A stretch of 64,000 nucleotides of DNA from Thermoproteota archaeon (GTDB lineage Archaea; Korarchaeota; Korarchaeia; Korarchaeales; Korarchaeaceae). The stretch lies in assembly GCA_027492205.1 (NCBI GenBank), contig JAOZFN010000007.1:11978-75977 (forward strand), read 5' to 3'. Positions 37,009-45,962 of this stretch are shown here, piece after piece (the stretch's first letter is position 1; each line of letters starts with the position of its first letter). The translations under genes and the position numbers were made by a program. Under the pieces are notes generated by a model, which was not told where the DNA came from, did not search any database, and worked only from the letters and a program-made list of their open reading frames with translations.

Positions 37009-37730
37009 GCGGCGGCCTCCCGAGCGACCGCTGGATCAGGGTGGAGGCCGCGCTGAGTGAGCTCGGCGGGGCGTATGAGAGGGCCAACGCCGCCATGTCT
37101 CTCGGGCTGGCCGGTAGGCTGAGATCGAGGCTCGTGGCCGACCTCCAGCCCAGGCCGGGAGAGGTGGCGCTGGACGCCGGCTGCGGTCCGGGTCAATCCT
37201 CAGAGCTGCTCGCGATGGCCATCTCGCCGGGCGGAACCCTGATACTCATGGACCCACTCGCCGAGATGCTGGTCGCGGCCCGGGAGAGGGCCTCCCGCGC
37301 GGGGAGGTGCCTCGGGGTGCTCACCGTCAGGGCGAAGTTCGAAGACATCCCGCTGGCGGACGAGTCCGTGGATCTGGCCCTGGCCTCATACTCTCTCCGC
37401 GACGCCGTGGACAGGGGGGAGGCGCTGAGGGAGCTGAGGCGAGTCTTGAAGGTGGGCGGAAGGCTGGGGGTCCTGGACCTCACCAGGCCCGACGGGGGGG
37501 CGGTTGACGCCCTGGCCCGGGCCTACGTCAGGTGGGTGGCCCCGGCCTTGGCGGGTCTGGCGACCCTGAGGCTCGACGTCTCCCCGTGGAGGGAGATCTA
37601 TCCCACTTACGAGGCGATGTGGACCTCGTCGGAGCTCGTCAGGGAGGTAAGGAGGATCTTTGAGGTGAGGAAGGCGTTCAGGTCCGCGCTGGGCGTCTTC
37701 ACAGGTGTGGTGGCCGAGAGGTTGAGGTGA
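36996..37730 (+). CDS. UbiE/MenG family methyltransferase
   Basis: YERANAAMSLG, DAGCGPG, YSLRD, RVLKVGG; overlaps the prenyl synthase. Confidence 0.82.
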   Translation: MGGVSGGLPSDRWIRVEAALSELGGAYERANAAMSLGLAGRLRSRLVADLQPRPGEVALDAGCGPGQSSELLAMAISPGGTLILMDPLAEMLVAARERASRAGRCLGVLTVRAKFEDIPLADESVDLALASYSLRDAVDRGEALRELRRVLKVGGRLGVLDLTRPDGGAVDALARAYVRWVAPALAGLATLRLDVSPWREIYPTYEAMWTSSELVREVRRIFEVRKAFRSALGVFTGVVAERLR

Positions 37731-37764
37731 AATTTTTTCCTTTTAGGGAGGGCAACAACCTGAG

Positions 37765-39492
37765 ATGCCCAAATACGATCTCGCCCTGTTTCACGCCCCC
37801 AGCGTCTATGACTTCAGGAACAGACCGATGTTCAAGTGCCTGACGAGCGAGGTGGTGCCTTCTTTTCAGGTATTCGACATGTACCCCTACGGGTTCCTCA
37901 CCCTCTCCACCTGGCTCTCCCGCCGCGGGAGGGGGGTCGGCATCTTCAACCTCGCCTCGAAGATGATCATCGACCCTGACTACGACCCGATGAGGACGAT
38001 TCGATCCGTAGACTCCCTCGTCTACGGCGTGGATCTCCACTGGCTCGTCCATGCCCAGGGGTCCCTAGAGGTCGCCAGGCTGATCAAGCGGGAGCACCCC
38101 GACTCGCTCGTGCTGCTCGGGGGGATCTCGGCGACGTACTTCTGGAGGGAGATCTTGGAGGGGCACCCGTACGTCGACGCGGTCGCGCTCGGGGATACGA
38201 CGGAGGAGACGGTCGAAGAGATAGTGGAGAGGGTTGATCGCGGGAGGGGGCTGGACGGAATCCCCGGGGTTGCCTGGAGGGACGCCGACGGGAGGATCAG
38301 GATCCAGCCCCCTCGAGACCCTCCCGAGTCCCTGGACCCCTACGAGGTTGACCACGGTATCCTTGTGAAGATGACGCTCAAGGAGAGGGACCTGGCACTC
38401 GTGGCGCCCTGCGCCTCCTTCATCAGCACCCCCATAGCCGCCGTCCTGACCGTCAAGGGCTGCACGTACAACTGCGTCACCTGCGGCGGCTCCAGGAGCG
38501 CCCAGGAGAGGATCTTCGGAAGGAGGGGGGTTGCCCTCAAGAGCCCGGAGGCCATAGCGAGGGAGGCCGAGTCTGTCTCTTCCATGTCAAAGATGACGAT
38601 ATTCTTCATCGGGGACCTGAGGCTGGGCAGGGGGGAGGAAGGGGCCTTGGAGGTGGTGGAGACTCTCAAGAGGGCCGATCTGGACAACCCGCTGATGTTC
38701 GAGTTCTTCTATCCCGCCGGCAGGAGACTCTTAGGGTCGCTGAGATCCCTTGGAGACGAGGTTTACATACAGATCTCACCCGAAAGTCAGGATGAGTCCG
38801 TGAGGCGGGCCTTCGGGAGGATCTACGGCAACGAGGAGCTGGAGAAGATGGTGAGGGTCTCGGGGGAGTTAGGCTTCAGGAGGCTCGACCTGTATTTCAT
38901 GACGGGGCTCCCGCGGCAGACCCCCGAGGTAGCGGCCGGGGTCGCCGACTACGTGGACAGGCTCATCGAGCTGCACGGAGAGGGGCGGATGGACGCCTTC
39001 ACGGCCCCCCTCGCCCCCTTCGTCGACCCCGGGAGCCCGGCCTTCGAGCATCCGGAGACCTACGGGTATGAGATACTGTTCAGGAACCTCGAGTCCCACC
39101 GCAGGGCCCTCGAGGAGCCTCACTGGGGCTTCACCCTCAACTACAGGACGGTGTGGATGAACCGACCGGACATAGTCGAGGCCAGCCTGAGCGCCTCCCT
39201 CAACCTGGCGAGGGTCAAGAGGGACAGGGGAATGATAGGAGAGGACCTCTACGAGATCATCAGCGAGAGGGTGGCGCTGGACAGAGAGATATTCTCCAGG
39301 CTTCAGAGGGGCCCGCTCACGCCGGAGGAGGAGTCCGAGTTCCTGGAGAGAGCCAGAGAGCTGGTCACGAACAAGGAGGTGGCCATAAACAGGGAACTCT
39401 ACCCGTCCACACCGCTCAGCGAGTCCCTGAGGCTCCCGCCCCCCCTGAACCTCCTCGTCTCCAGGGTGATAGGGCGGATCAAGCCGGCTTGA
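37765..39492 (+). CDS. B12-binding-domain radical SAM protein (Ta0216/TIGR04190-like)
   Basis: HAPSVYDFR, DMYPYG, DLHWLVHAQG, CTYNCVTC, FVDPGSPAF. Confidence 0.85.
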   Translation: MPKYDLALFHAPSVYDFRNRPMFKCLTSEVVPSFQVFDMYPYGFLTLSTWLSRRGRGVGIFNLASKMIIDPDYDPMRTIRSVDSLVYGVDLHWLVHAQGSLEVARLIKREHPDSLVLLGGISATYFWREILEGHPYVDAVALGDTTEETVEEIVERVDRGRGLDGIPGVAWRDADGRIRIQPPRDPPESLDPYEVDHGILVKMTLKERDLALVAPCASFISTPIAAVLTVKGCTYNCVTCGGSRSAQERIFGRRGVALKSPEAIAREAESVSSMSKMTIFFIGDLRLGRGEEGALEVVETLKRADLDNPLMFEFFYPAGRRLLGSLRSLGDEVYIQISPESQDESVRRAFGRIYGNEELEKMVRVSGELGFRRLDLYFMTGLPRQTPEVAAGVADYVDRLIELHGEGRMDAFTAPLAPFVDPGSPAFEHPETYGYEILFRNLESHRRALEEPHWGFTLNYRTVWMNRPDIVEASLSASLNLARVKRDRGMIGEDLYEIISERVALDREIFSRLQRGPLTPEEESEFLERARELVTNKEVAINRELYPSTPLSESLRLPPPLNLLVSRVIGRIKPA

Positions 39493-39497
39493 TTGGT

Positions 39498-40727
39498 TCA
39501 AGTTCGCACGGGAATGGTGGTGGTCCCCTCCGGCATCACCACGACCTTGGGATTTGAGAGCCCCCTCAGGGCCGCGTCGACCCCCTCCTGGAGGGAGGAG
39601 ACCGGCTCCATCTTGTAGAGCCCCCTCACCTCTGCGGGATCCATAGAGGTCAGGAACAGGATCCTGTTCCTCTCCACGGCTCTAAGGTGATAGTAGGCCT
39701 TGTGACCCCCCAACTCGAACGTCCGCTTGAGGGCAGCCTCGACCTCGTCTGAGGAGGAGTACTTCCTCATGTACTCGACAAACTTCCTATTCCCCGCCCC
39801 GTCCCTGCACTCCGCGACGAACACCACCGCCCCCCCTGGCTTTACGACCCTGAGGGCCATGTGAAGAGCCTTGTAGGCCTGGTAAAGGTCTACGTCGTGC
39901 GGGTATCCGTTGGCAGCAACGATCACCACATCCGCTGGCTCCCCCTCGTACCTCACCTTGTACATGCGATCCACGACCCTCGCGCCGGCCCTGAGCACGT
40001 CCCTGTGGTGCCCGCCGTGCGCAGAGACTATCTCGTGCTCGGCGTTCTGCACCACGTTGAGCGTGAACTCTGCCCCGGCCATGTCAGCGGCCTCCTCCAT
40101 GTCCTCGCTGACTGGGTTCCCGTCGAGGACGCCCACCTCGGCTCCCGGGAGGAACATCATCTTGTGGTTGGCCTGTATGGTCTCGTAGGAACTCACTCCC
40201 GGGAGTACGCTCTTCCTACCGCCGCCGTACCCGGCGAAGTAATGAGGTTCGACGTCGCCCAGGAGAATGCGGTAGTCCGCGGTCTGGTAGAGCTCGTCCA
40301 CCGCGACGGGGGTGCCCCTGCCGGTCTCCCCGAGGTAGACGTGGGCCCCCCTGCAGTCGTGGCTGACCGCCTCGACGGTTCCGTGGTGCTTTCCCAGGAT
40401 CTCCTTCGCCTCATCCGGGGAAACGGGCCTGTGGGTGCCGGTTGCGAAGATCACCTTTATCCGGCCCCTGGGGACCCTCAGCCTCCCCAGCACGTGGTCC
40501 AGCATGACCTCGGTCGGGCAGGGCCTAGTGTGGTCGTCGACCACTATCACGACCCTGCCGGAGGGCTCCTCCTCCAGGCCCGGGCTCGCGGACTCCAGCG
40601 CCTCGGAGACGATCTCCCCTGCCTGGGCGTCAGGTTTGAGGGGCCTGGGGCGCAGCACGGTCACGTCCGCGGTCTCTGGTATCTCGGCGGAGACGAAGCC
40701 CCGCCCGTAGGGGAGTTCTATCCTCAT
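39498..40727 (-). CDS. LarA (nickel-pincer lactate racemase) family protein
   Basis: MRIELPYG, DDHTRP, ATGTHR, HD, HYFAGYGGGRKS, DLYQAYK. Confidence 0.9.
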   Translation of the reverse strand: MRIELPYGRGFVSAEIPETADVTVLRPRPLKPDAQAGEIVSEALESASPGLEEEPSGRVVIVVDDHTRPCPTEVMLDHVLGRLRVPRGRIKVIFATGTHRPVSPDEAKEILGKHHGTVEAVSHDCRGAHVYLGETGRGTPVAVDELYQTADYRILLGDVEPHYFAGYGGGRKSVLPGVSSYETIQANHKMMFLPGAEVGVLDGNPVSEDMEEAADMAGAEFTLNVVQNAEHEIVSAHGGHHRDVLRAGARVVDRMYKVRYEGEPADVVIVAANGYPHDVDLYQAYKALHMALRVVKPGGAVVFVAECRDGAGNRKFVEYMRKYSSSDEVEAALKRTFELGGHKAYYHLRAVERNRILFLTSMDPAEVRGLYKMEPVSSLQEGVDAALRGLSNPKVVVMPEGTTTIPVRT

Positions 40728-40791
40728 CGCGTTCCGCGTGTCGGTCGGTGGATAAAACGTTTTGACGGACCGAGGTCCGCCTCGGCTGAAG

Positions 40792-42117
40792 ATGACCAGG
40801 CTGAACGTGGACCTCCTGGTGCTGGCCTCCGCAGTGATCCCCGTCGACCCGCCAGGGCTCGTGATCCGAGATGGGTACGTGGCCGTCGAGGGAGGTAGGA
40901 TTGTCTCAATCGGCAGGAGGTCATCCATGCCGCCCGTCTCCGCAGGGGAGGTCGTCGAGGGGAGGGGCATGGTCGCCCTACCCGGCCTGGTAAACGCCCA
41001 CACTCACGTGGCCATGACCCTGCTGAGGGGGCTCGCCTCCGACAGGCCGCTGGACGAGTGGCTCAGGGAGATATGGAGGGTAGAGGCCAAGATGGGTCCA
41101 GAGGAGGTGCTAGACGGCGCGAGGCTGGGGATATTGGAGATGCTCCTCTCAGGAACAACCACCTTCTCAGACATGTACTTCCACGAGGACTCGGTGGCCA
41201 GGGCCGCTCTGGAGTCCGGGGTGAGGGCAGTCCTTTCCTACGGGATGATAGACGCCCCGGGCTGGGAGAGGGATCCGGACAGGACCGTTAAGGAGCTCAG
41301 GGAGGCCGAGAGGTTCATAGAGGATTGGCACATGGCTGGCGCCGGCAGAATAAGGGCGGCAGTGGGTCCGCACGCCCCGTACACGTGCTCTGAGGAGCTC
41401 CTACGCGCCTCCGCCGAGCTCGCCAGGTCCAGGGGTCTGAGGCTCCACATACACCTCTCCGAGACCAGGAGGGAGGTTGAGGAGCTCAGGGAGATAGCTG
41501 GGGAGGGGCCCCCCTCCTACCTGGACTCCCTCGGGGTGCTGGGACCCAACGTCCTGGCGGCTCACGGGGTCTGGCTCGACCGGGAGGAGATCTCACTCTT
41601 GGCCTCCAAGGGGGCGAGCGTGGTCCACTGCCCGGCCAGCAACCTGAAGCTGGCGTCCGGCATCGCCCCGGTGGCCGACATGCTCAGGGAGGGGGTGAAC
41701 GTCGCCCTGGGGACCGACGGCCCGGCCAGTAACGACTCCCTCGACATGTTCAGAGAGATGCGCCTTGCGGCCCTCCTCCAGAGGGGGAGTAGGCTCGACC
41801 CGAGGGCGCTGACCTCCTGGGACGTGCTCAGGATGGCGACCGTGAACGGGGCGAGGGCGCTGGGACTCGCCGATGAGATCGGAACGCTGGAGGCCGGCAA
41901 GCGGGCCGACCTAATCTTGGTGGACCTCAGGAAGCCCCACCTCTCCACTCACAGGGACCCGGTACCGGCGCTGGTCTTCTCTGCCACCGGCGACGACGTG
42001 GACACGGTGATAATCGAGGGGAGGGTGATTGTCAGGGCCAGACGGGTAATGACGATGGACGCGGAGGAGGTGGTGGAGCGGGCCTCCCGGGCCGCGACGA
42101 GGCTCGCATCCGGCTGA
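40792..42117 (+). CDS. MTA/SAH/5'-deoxyadenosine deaminase-type amidohydrolase
   Basis: PGLVNAHTH, DMYF, PHAPYTC, HLSET, HCPASNLKLASG, GTDGPASN. Confidence 0.88.
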   Translation: MTRLNVDLLVLASAVIPVDPPGLVIRDGYVAVEGGRIVSIGRRSSMPPVSAGEVVEGRGMVALPGLVNAHTHVAMTLLRGLASDRPLDEWLREIWRVEAKMGPEEVLDGARLGILEMLLSGTTTFSDMYFHEDSVARAALESGVRAVLSYGMIDAPGWERDPDRTVKELREAERFIEDWHMAGAGRIRAAVGPHAPYTCSEELLRASAELARSRGLRLHIHLSETRREVEELREIAGEGPPSYLDSLGVLGPNVLAAHGVWLDREEISLLASKGASVVHCPASNLKLASGIAPVADMLREGVNVALGTDGPASNDSLDMFREMRLAALLQRGSRLDPRALTSWDVLRMATVNGARALGLADEIGTLEAGKRADLILVDLRKPHLSTHRDPVPALVFSATGDDVDTVIIEGRVIVRARRVMTMDAEEVVERASRAATRLASG

Positions 42118-42153
42118 GGACCATTTCAACCTTGACCTAGATCCCAGAAAACC

Positions 42154-43572
42154 TCAGGCCAACTTCTTGATCTCGGGTGGGTATCGCGTGGCGTTAATGA
42201 CCCAAGTGGCGAGGCCCCTTATCAGGTTCATCTCCCGATCGCCGTGGGCGCCTCGGTTCACTACGAGCACTACCACGGCCCTCTCCGGGATTAGCATGTC
42301 TATGAGGGCCCTGATCAGGCGGTAGGCCCCGTCCAACCCGATGAGAGTGGTCATATCGCTGACGTTCTCCACCACGAGCGACATCCTCTTCTCGGGCGTG
42401 ATCAACCTGCTCACGATCCCCAGGATCACGGATGGGCTCAGGCCCACCTCCAGCTCGCCCGGAGACAGCTCCTTAGGCGCGGCCATCCTGCCGGGGCTGA
42501 CCCGGATAGTCAGGTCAGACTCCGACGCCACCTCCCTCAGAGGGGTACCCCGCCTAGCGATCACCACGATCTTCATGTCGAGCTCCCTAAGCCACGACAC
42601 TAGGCTGGCTATCATCTCCGAGGGAGATGTCAGAGGCTCGAACTCCATCAGAATAACCTCGCCCTCTCCTCCGACGTCCAGGCCAAACTCCCTCCAGTCA
42701 ATCTCCGGTCCACCCTCCCCCTCCGTGTGGGGGGGCTCCCTATATGGCGTGGTTCCCAGCAGATAATAGCCGAACCCGGATATGGCCACCCCAAGAGCGA
42801 TGGCTCCCGTGAGAGTGTAACCGAAAACGTTCATCGTCTTTGGGGTGAGGAACAGGTCCTCGAACATCACGTAGAGTTCCGCCACCGCGCCAAGTGCCAT
42901 CGAGGTCATGGAGGCCTCGACTAGCCACCTGCCAGCCCCTGTGACCGTCCCCAGGGCTTTGGTGAGCCTCCACAGGTTCGCGGCGAGCACGCCCGCGATC
43001 GCTATGTCCAAGGTGAGGTCCAGATACCTCGGCCGTGGGAGCGGCCCGATGTACCGAAGCGACCACGCGGTGACTGAGATCAGCACAGCTAGCCACGCTG
43101 CGAAGATCCAGGTCGGTCGAACCCTGGGGACCCCCCTCTTGGCGGTCACTAGGGAGGCCAGCCTGGCCATTATCGACGTGAGTGACCAGGAGCATATCCC
43201 CACCGAGATTAGGATCGTGAGGAGTTCCATCACGTGCACGTACTCAGGGAGGACGAAGGCCGAGTCGACGAGTTCGATGAGCAGGAAGTATACCAGGAGT
43301 GCCTGCCCCCAGGTGAAGTACTTCCAGTCCCTCCAGAGAAGGGCCTCCAGCCTCTGCAGCACGATGAAATACAGGATGATGAGGGCCATACCAGCCGCCA
43401 GGAGCCCCACGGCCCTGCCGAGGAAGCTCAGCGGGTCGACATTCTTCGGCACCCAGTCCCCCGTGCTCTCCAGCAGCACGATCGTGGCCAAGATCACCCA
43501 GACAAGCGACGCAATCTCTGGTATGTTTGTGCTGGAAGCGGAAAGGGCGTGAGACCTCGGGGACATTTTCAA
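42154..43572 (-). CDS. Multi-TM membrane protein with DUF835-like C-terminal domain, paralog 2
   Basis: Collinear with 26765..28186 (WSLTS, TAKR.PRV, GRM..PK, P.VILG, YRL.RA.ID.L, AH). Confidence 0.75.
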   Translation of the reverse strand: MKMSPRSHALSASSTNIPEIASLVWVILATIVLLESTGDWVPKNVDPLSFLGRAVGLLAAGMALIILYFIVLQRLEALLWRDWKYFTWGQALLVYFLLIELVDSAFVLPEYVHVMELLTILISVGICSWSLTSIMARLASLVTAKRGVPRVRPTWIFAAWLAVLISVTAWSLRYIGPLPRPRYLDLTLDIAIAGVLAANLWRLTKALGTVTGAGRWLVEASMTSMALGAVAELYVMFEDLFLTPKTMNVFGYTLTGAIALGVAISGFGYYLLGTTPYREPPHTEGEGGPEIDWREFGLDVGGEGEVILMEFEPLTSPSEMIASLVSWLRELDMKIVVIARRGTPLREVASESDLTIRVSPGRMAAPKELSPGELEVGLSPSVILGIVSRLITPEKRMSLVVENVSDMTTLIGLDGAYRLIRALIDMLIPERAVVVLVVNRGAHGDREMNLIRGLATWVINATRYPPEIKKLA

Positions 43573-43699
43573 CCTCCTCCCGCGCTCCCCTTCGACCCGT
43601 CAGGTCCATTCATAGTGAGAACCGAACACCACGAGCGCTTGTATGTAGAAGGCAAACCGGCTAATAGTCTTGGCGTCTAATCAGGGGGGAGGATATTTC

Positions 43700-44596
43700 A
43701 TGTCTAATCCGGGTGGGAGGATTGAGTTAATTGGGTTGAGGCTCCCGGAACTCAGGCAGGGAGACGATCTCCCGAGTGTGATCCTCTCCGCGATCGATTC
43801 CATGGGAATCGAGCTCAGTGACGGCGACGTGTTGGTGGTAGCCAGCAAGGTGGTCTCCAAGGCGAAGGGCCACTCAGTGCGGATCTCTGATGTGAAGCCT
43901 TCCCTCAAGTCCAGGATCTTGGCCAGGATAGCGGGCAGGCCGGCCTGGCTCGTGGAGCTCGTCAGGAGCGTCGGGAGGATCGTGCTGATACTTCCCTTCT
44001 CGGAGGCAAGCAGGGGGACCGGCTTCCCGGAGGAGTTCTCCCCGGACCCGGAGGCGGCGAGGGCTATGGTCGAGGAGGAGGGGGGGACGATACTGGCCGA
44101 GGTGGCCGGAGTCGTGATCACGGACGCAGGGATCGACTGGTCCAACTGCCCGGAGGGTGTGGCCGCGCTCCCTCCCCCCGACCCAGACGCCGAGGCCCGG
44201 GAGATAGCGGAGCGCATCAGGGAGCGGACGGGGGCCAGGGTCGGGGTGGTGATCTCGGACACGGACTTCGCGCCGTTCAGGATGGGCTCCGTGGACTGGG
44301 CCGTGGGCGTCTCCGGAATCGATCCCGTGAGGAGGTCTTTCGGGGAGCCAGACCTCTATGGGAAGCCCAAGTTCGGGGGCGTGGACCTCGTGGCCGACGA
44401 GCTCGCGGCAGCGGCCGCCCTCCTCATGGGGCAGGGGTCCGAGGGAATCCCTGCGGTGCTCGTCAGGGGGGCGCCGGTGACGCTGAGCGACGACGCCAGG
44501 TACTCCACGGTTACGGCCCCGGTCTCCAACATGGGCAGGGCGTTCCTCAAGGGACTCCTGAAGACGGCCCTCGCCAAGATTCTAAGGCTCGTCTGA
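43700..44596 (+). CDS. CofE-like ligase, paralog 2
   Basis: Same motifs as 25690..26604 (DAGIDWSNCPEG, PKFGG.D.VADELAAAAALLMGQ). Confidence 0.85.
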   Translation: MSNPGGRIELIGLRLPELRQGDDLPSVILSAIDSMGIELSDGDVLVVASKVVSKAKGHSVRISDVKPSLKSRILARIAGRPAWLVELVRSVGRIVLILPFSEASRGTGFPEEFSPDPEAARAMVEEEGGTILAEVAGVVITDAGIDWSNCPEGVAALPPPDPDAEAREIAERIRERTGARVGVVISDTDFAPFRMGSVDWAVGVSGIDPVRRSFGEPDLYGKPKFGGVDLVADELAAAAALLMGQGSEGIPAVLVRGAPVTLSDDARYSTVTAPVSNMGRAFLKGLLKTALAKILRLV

Positions 44597-44638
44597 ACAC
44601 TGAGAGGCCTTAATAGCCCCCCGATTAGATCGACGGGT

Positions 44639-45379
44639 GTGCCGGTCCTCGACTTCCTGCCGGCGGAGGGGGACGAGCCCATAATAGACCCATACGAGCT
44701 GAGGGTTGACTGGCTGGGGGGAGGTTCGGCCGTCATCGCCCTGACCCCCAGGATCTTTAGGCTCGCCGCCGAGACCCTCGGGGCGACCCCGGAAGGGTGC
44801 CGGGCGGCCGGGTGCTTGGAGAGGTTCCACTTCGAGGGCATCCCATTTCTGCTGGCCTACTTCGGGGCGCCGGCGGCCGCAATGCTGCTGGAGGTCCTGG
44901 CGGCAAGTGGGGCGAAGAGGATCTTGGTCCTGGGAGAGGCGGGCTCCATATCACCCGATGTTGGGATTGGGGACGTGGTGCTGCCGGAGTGGGCCATCAG
45001 GGAGGAGGGAACGAGCTATCACTACCTGCCGCCTGAGAGGGTCCCCCTCGCCGACCCAGAGATGATCGAGGCCCTGGAATCCTCGCTCGGAGGGTCGGGC
45101 GTAAGGGTGCTGAGGGGCGGGGTCTGGACCACCGACGCGCCGTTTCGCGAGACCGTCGGAAAGGTTCGAAGGTACTCTCTGCTCGGGGCCCTGGCGGTTG
45201 AGATGGAGTGCTCTGCCCTGATGGCGGTGGCGGAGTTCAGGGGGGTCAGGCTGGCGGCCGGGCTAGCGATTACCGACGAGCTGTTCGAGGGGGTCTGGAG
45301 GGCGCGGTTCTCATCGCGCAAGGTAGACAGGTCTCGGAGGGCGCTCGCGAAGGCCGCGGTCGAAGTGCTCTCGCCTTAA
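44639..45379 (+). CDS. Nucleoside phosphorylase (PNP/UDP family 1)
   Basis: FGAPAA, REEGTSYHY, WTTDAPFRET, VEME. Confidence 0.85.
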   Translation: MPVLDFLPAEGDEPIIDPYELRVDWLGGGSAVIALTPRIFRLAAETLGATPEGCRAAGCLERFHFEGIPFLLAYFGAPAAAMLLEVLAASGAKRILVLGEAGSISPDVGIGDVVLPEWAIREEGTSYHYLPPERVPLADPEMIEALESSLGGSGVRVLRGGVWTTDAPFRETVGKVRRYSLLGALAVEMECSALMAVAEFRGVRLAAGLAITDELFEGVWRARFSSRKVDRSRRALAKAAVEVLSP

Positions 45380-45434
45380 CATCCGGCCTCGTTCGACGCT
45401 GCTCAAAGGGCGGGTCGGGAAGCGGCGTGGTAGT

Positions 45435-45962
45435 TCAGCCTCCCACCGACGCGAGCCTCTTGAGCCAGTCATTCAGCCTGACCCTGTATGTGCCCCCCAC
45501 CCTCTCCCTGACCACAACCCCCCTCTCCTCCAGAGAGTCCAGCCTCCTTGACGCAGTCACTCTGCTCATCCCGAGTTCCGCCCACACCTCCCGCTGGAGC
45601 GCCTCACCTCCCTTCCTAATGAGGAACCTGACTATCTCCCTGTCCCTGGGGTCAAGCATCCTCAACACTTCCTCCGCACTCGGGCTCCGAGTCGGCCCCC
45701 CGAATTCAGGGCCGGCGGAGTTACCCCCCCTCCCAGCTAGGAGAAGGGCCAAAGAGAATCCGGCCGCGGCCGACGCGGCAGATATGAGGAGAGTCTCCCT
45801 GAGGCTGTACATTAGTGGGCTAGTCACCACGAGCCTGTCGCCACCGGGCATCAAGATCACGAGGGTCTCCCTCTTTACGAGCAGATTCGTGAGAGCCAGC
45901 ATAGAGGCGAATAGGACGGCCAGAGTCAGGCCTTTCCGGGCACTAGGCTTCAACCTACCCAC
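45435..45962 (-). CDS. Membrane-anchored winged-HTH protein
   Basis: 2 TM plus LQREVWAELGMSRVTASRRLDSLEERGVV. Confidence 0.8.
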   Translation of the reverse strand: MGRLKPSARKGLTLAVLFASMLALTNLLVKRETLVILMPGGDRLVVTSPLMYSLRETLLISAASAAAGFSLALLLAGRGGNSAGPEFGGPTRSPSAEEVLRMLDPRDREIVRFLIRKGGEALQREVWAELGMSRVTASRRLDSLEERGVVVRERVGGTYRVRLNDWLKRLASVGG

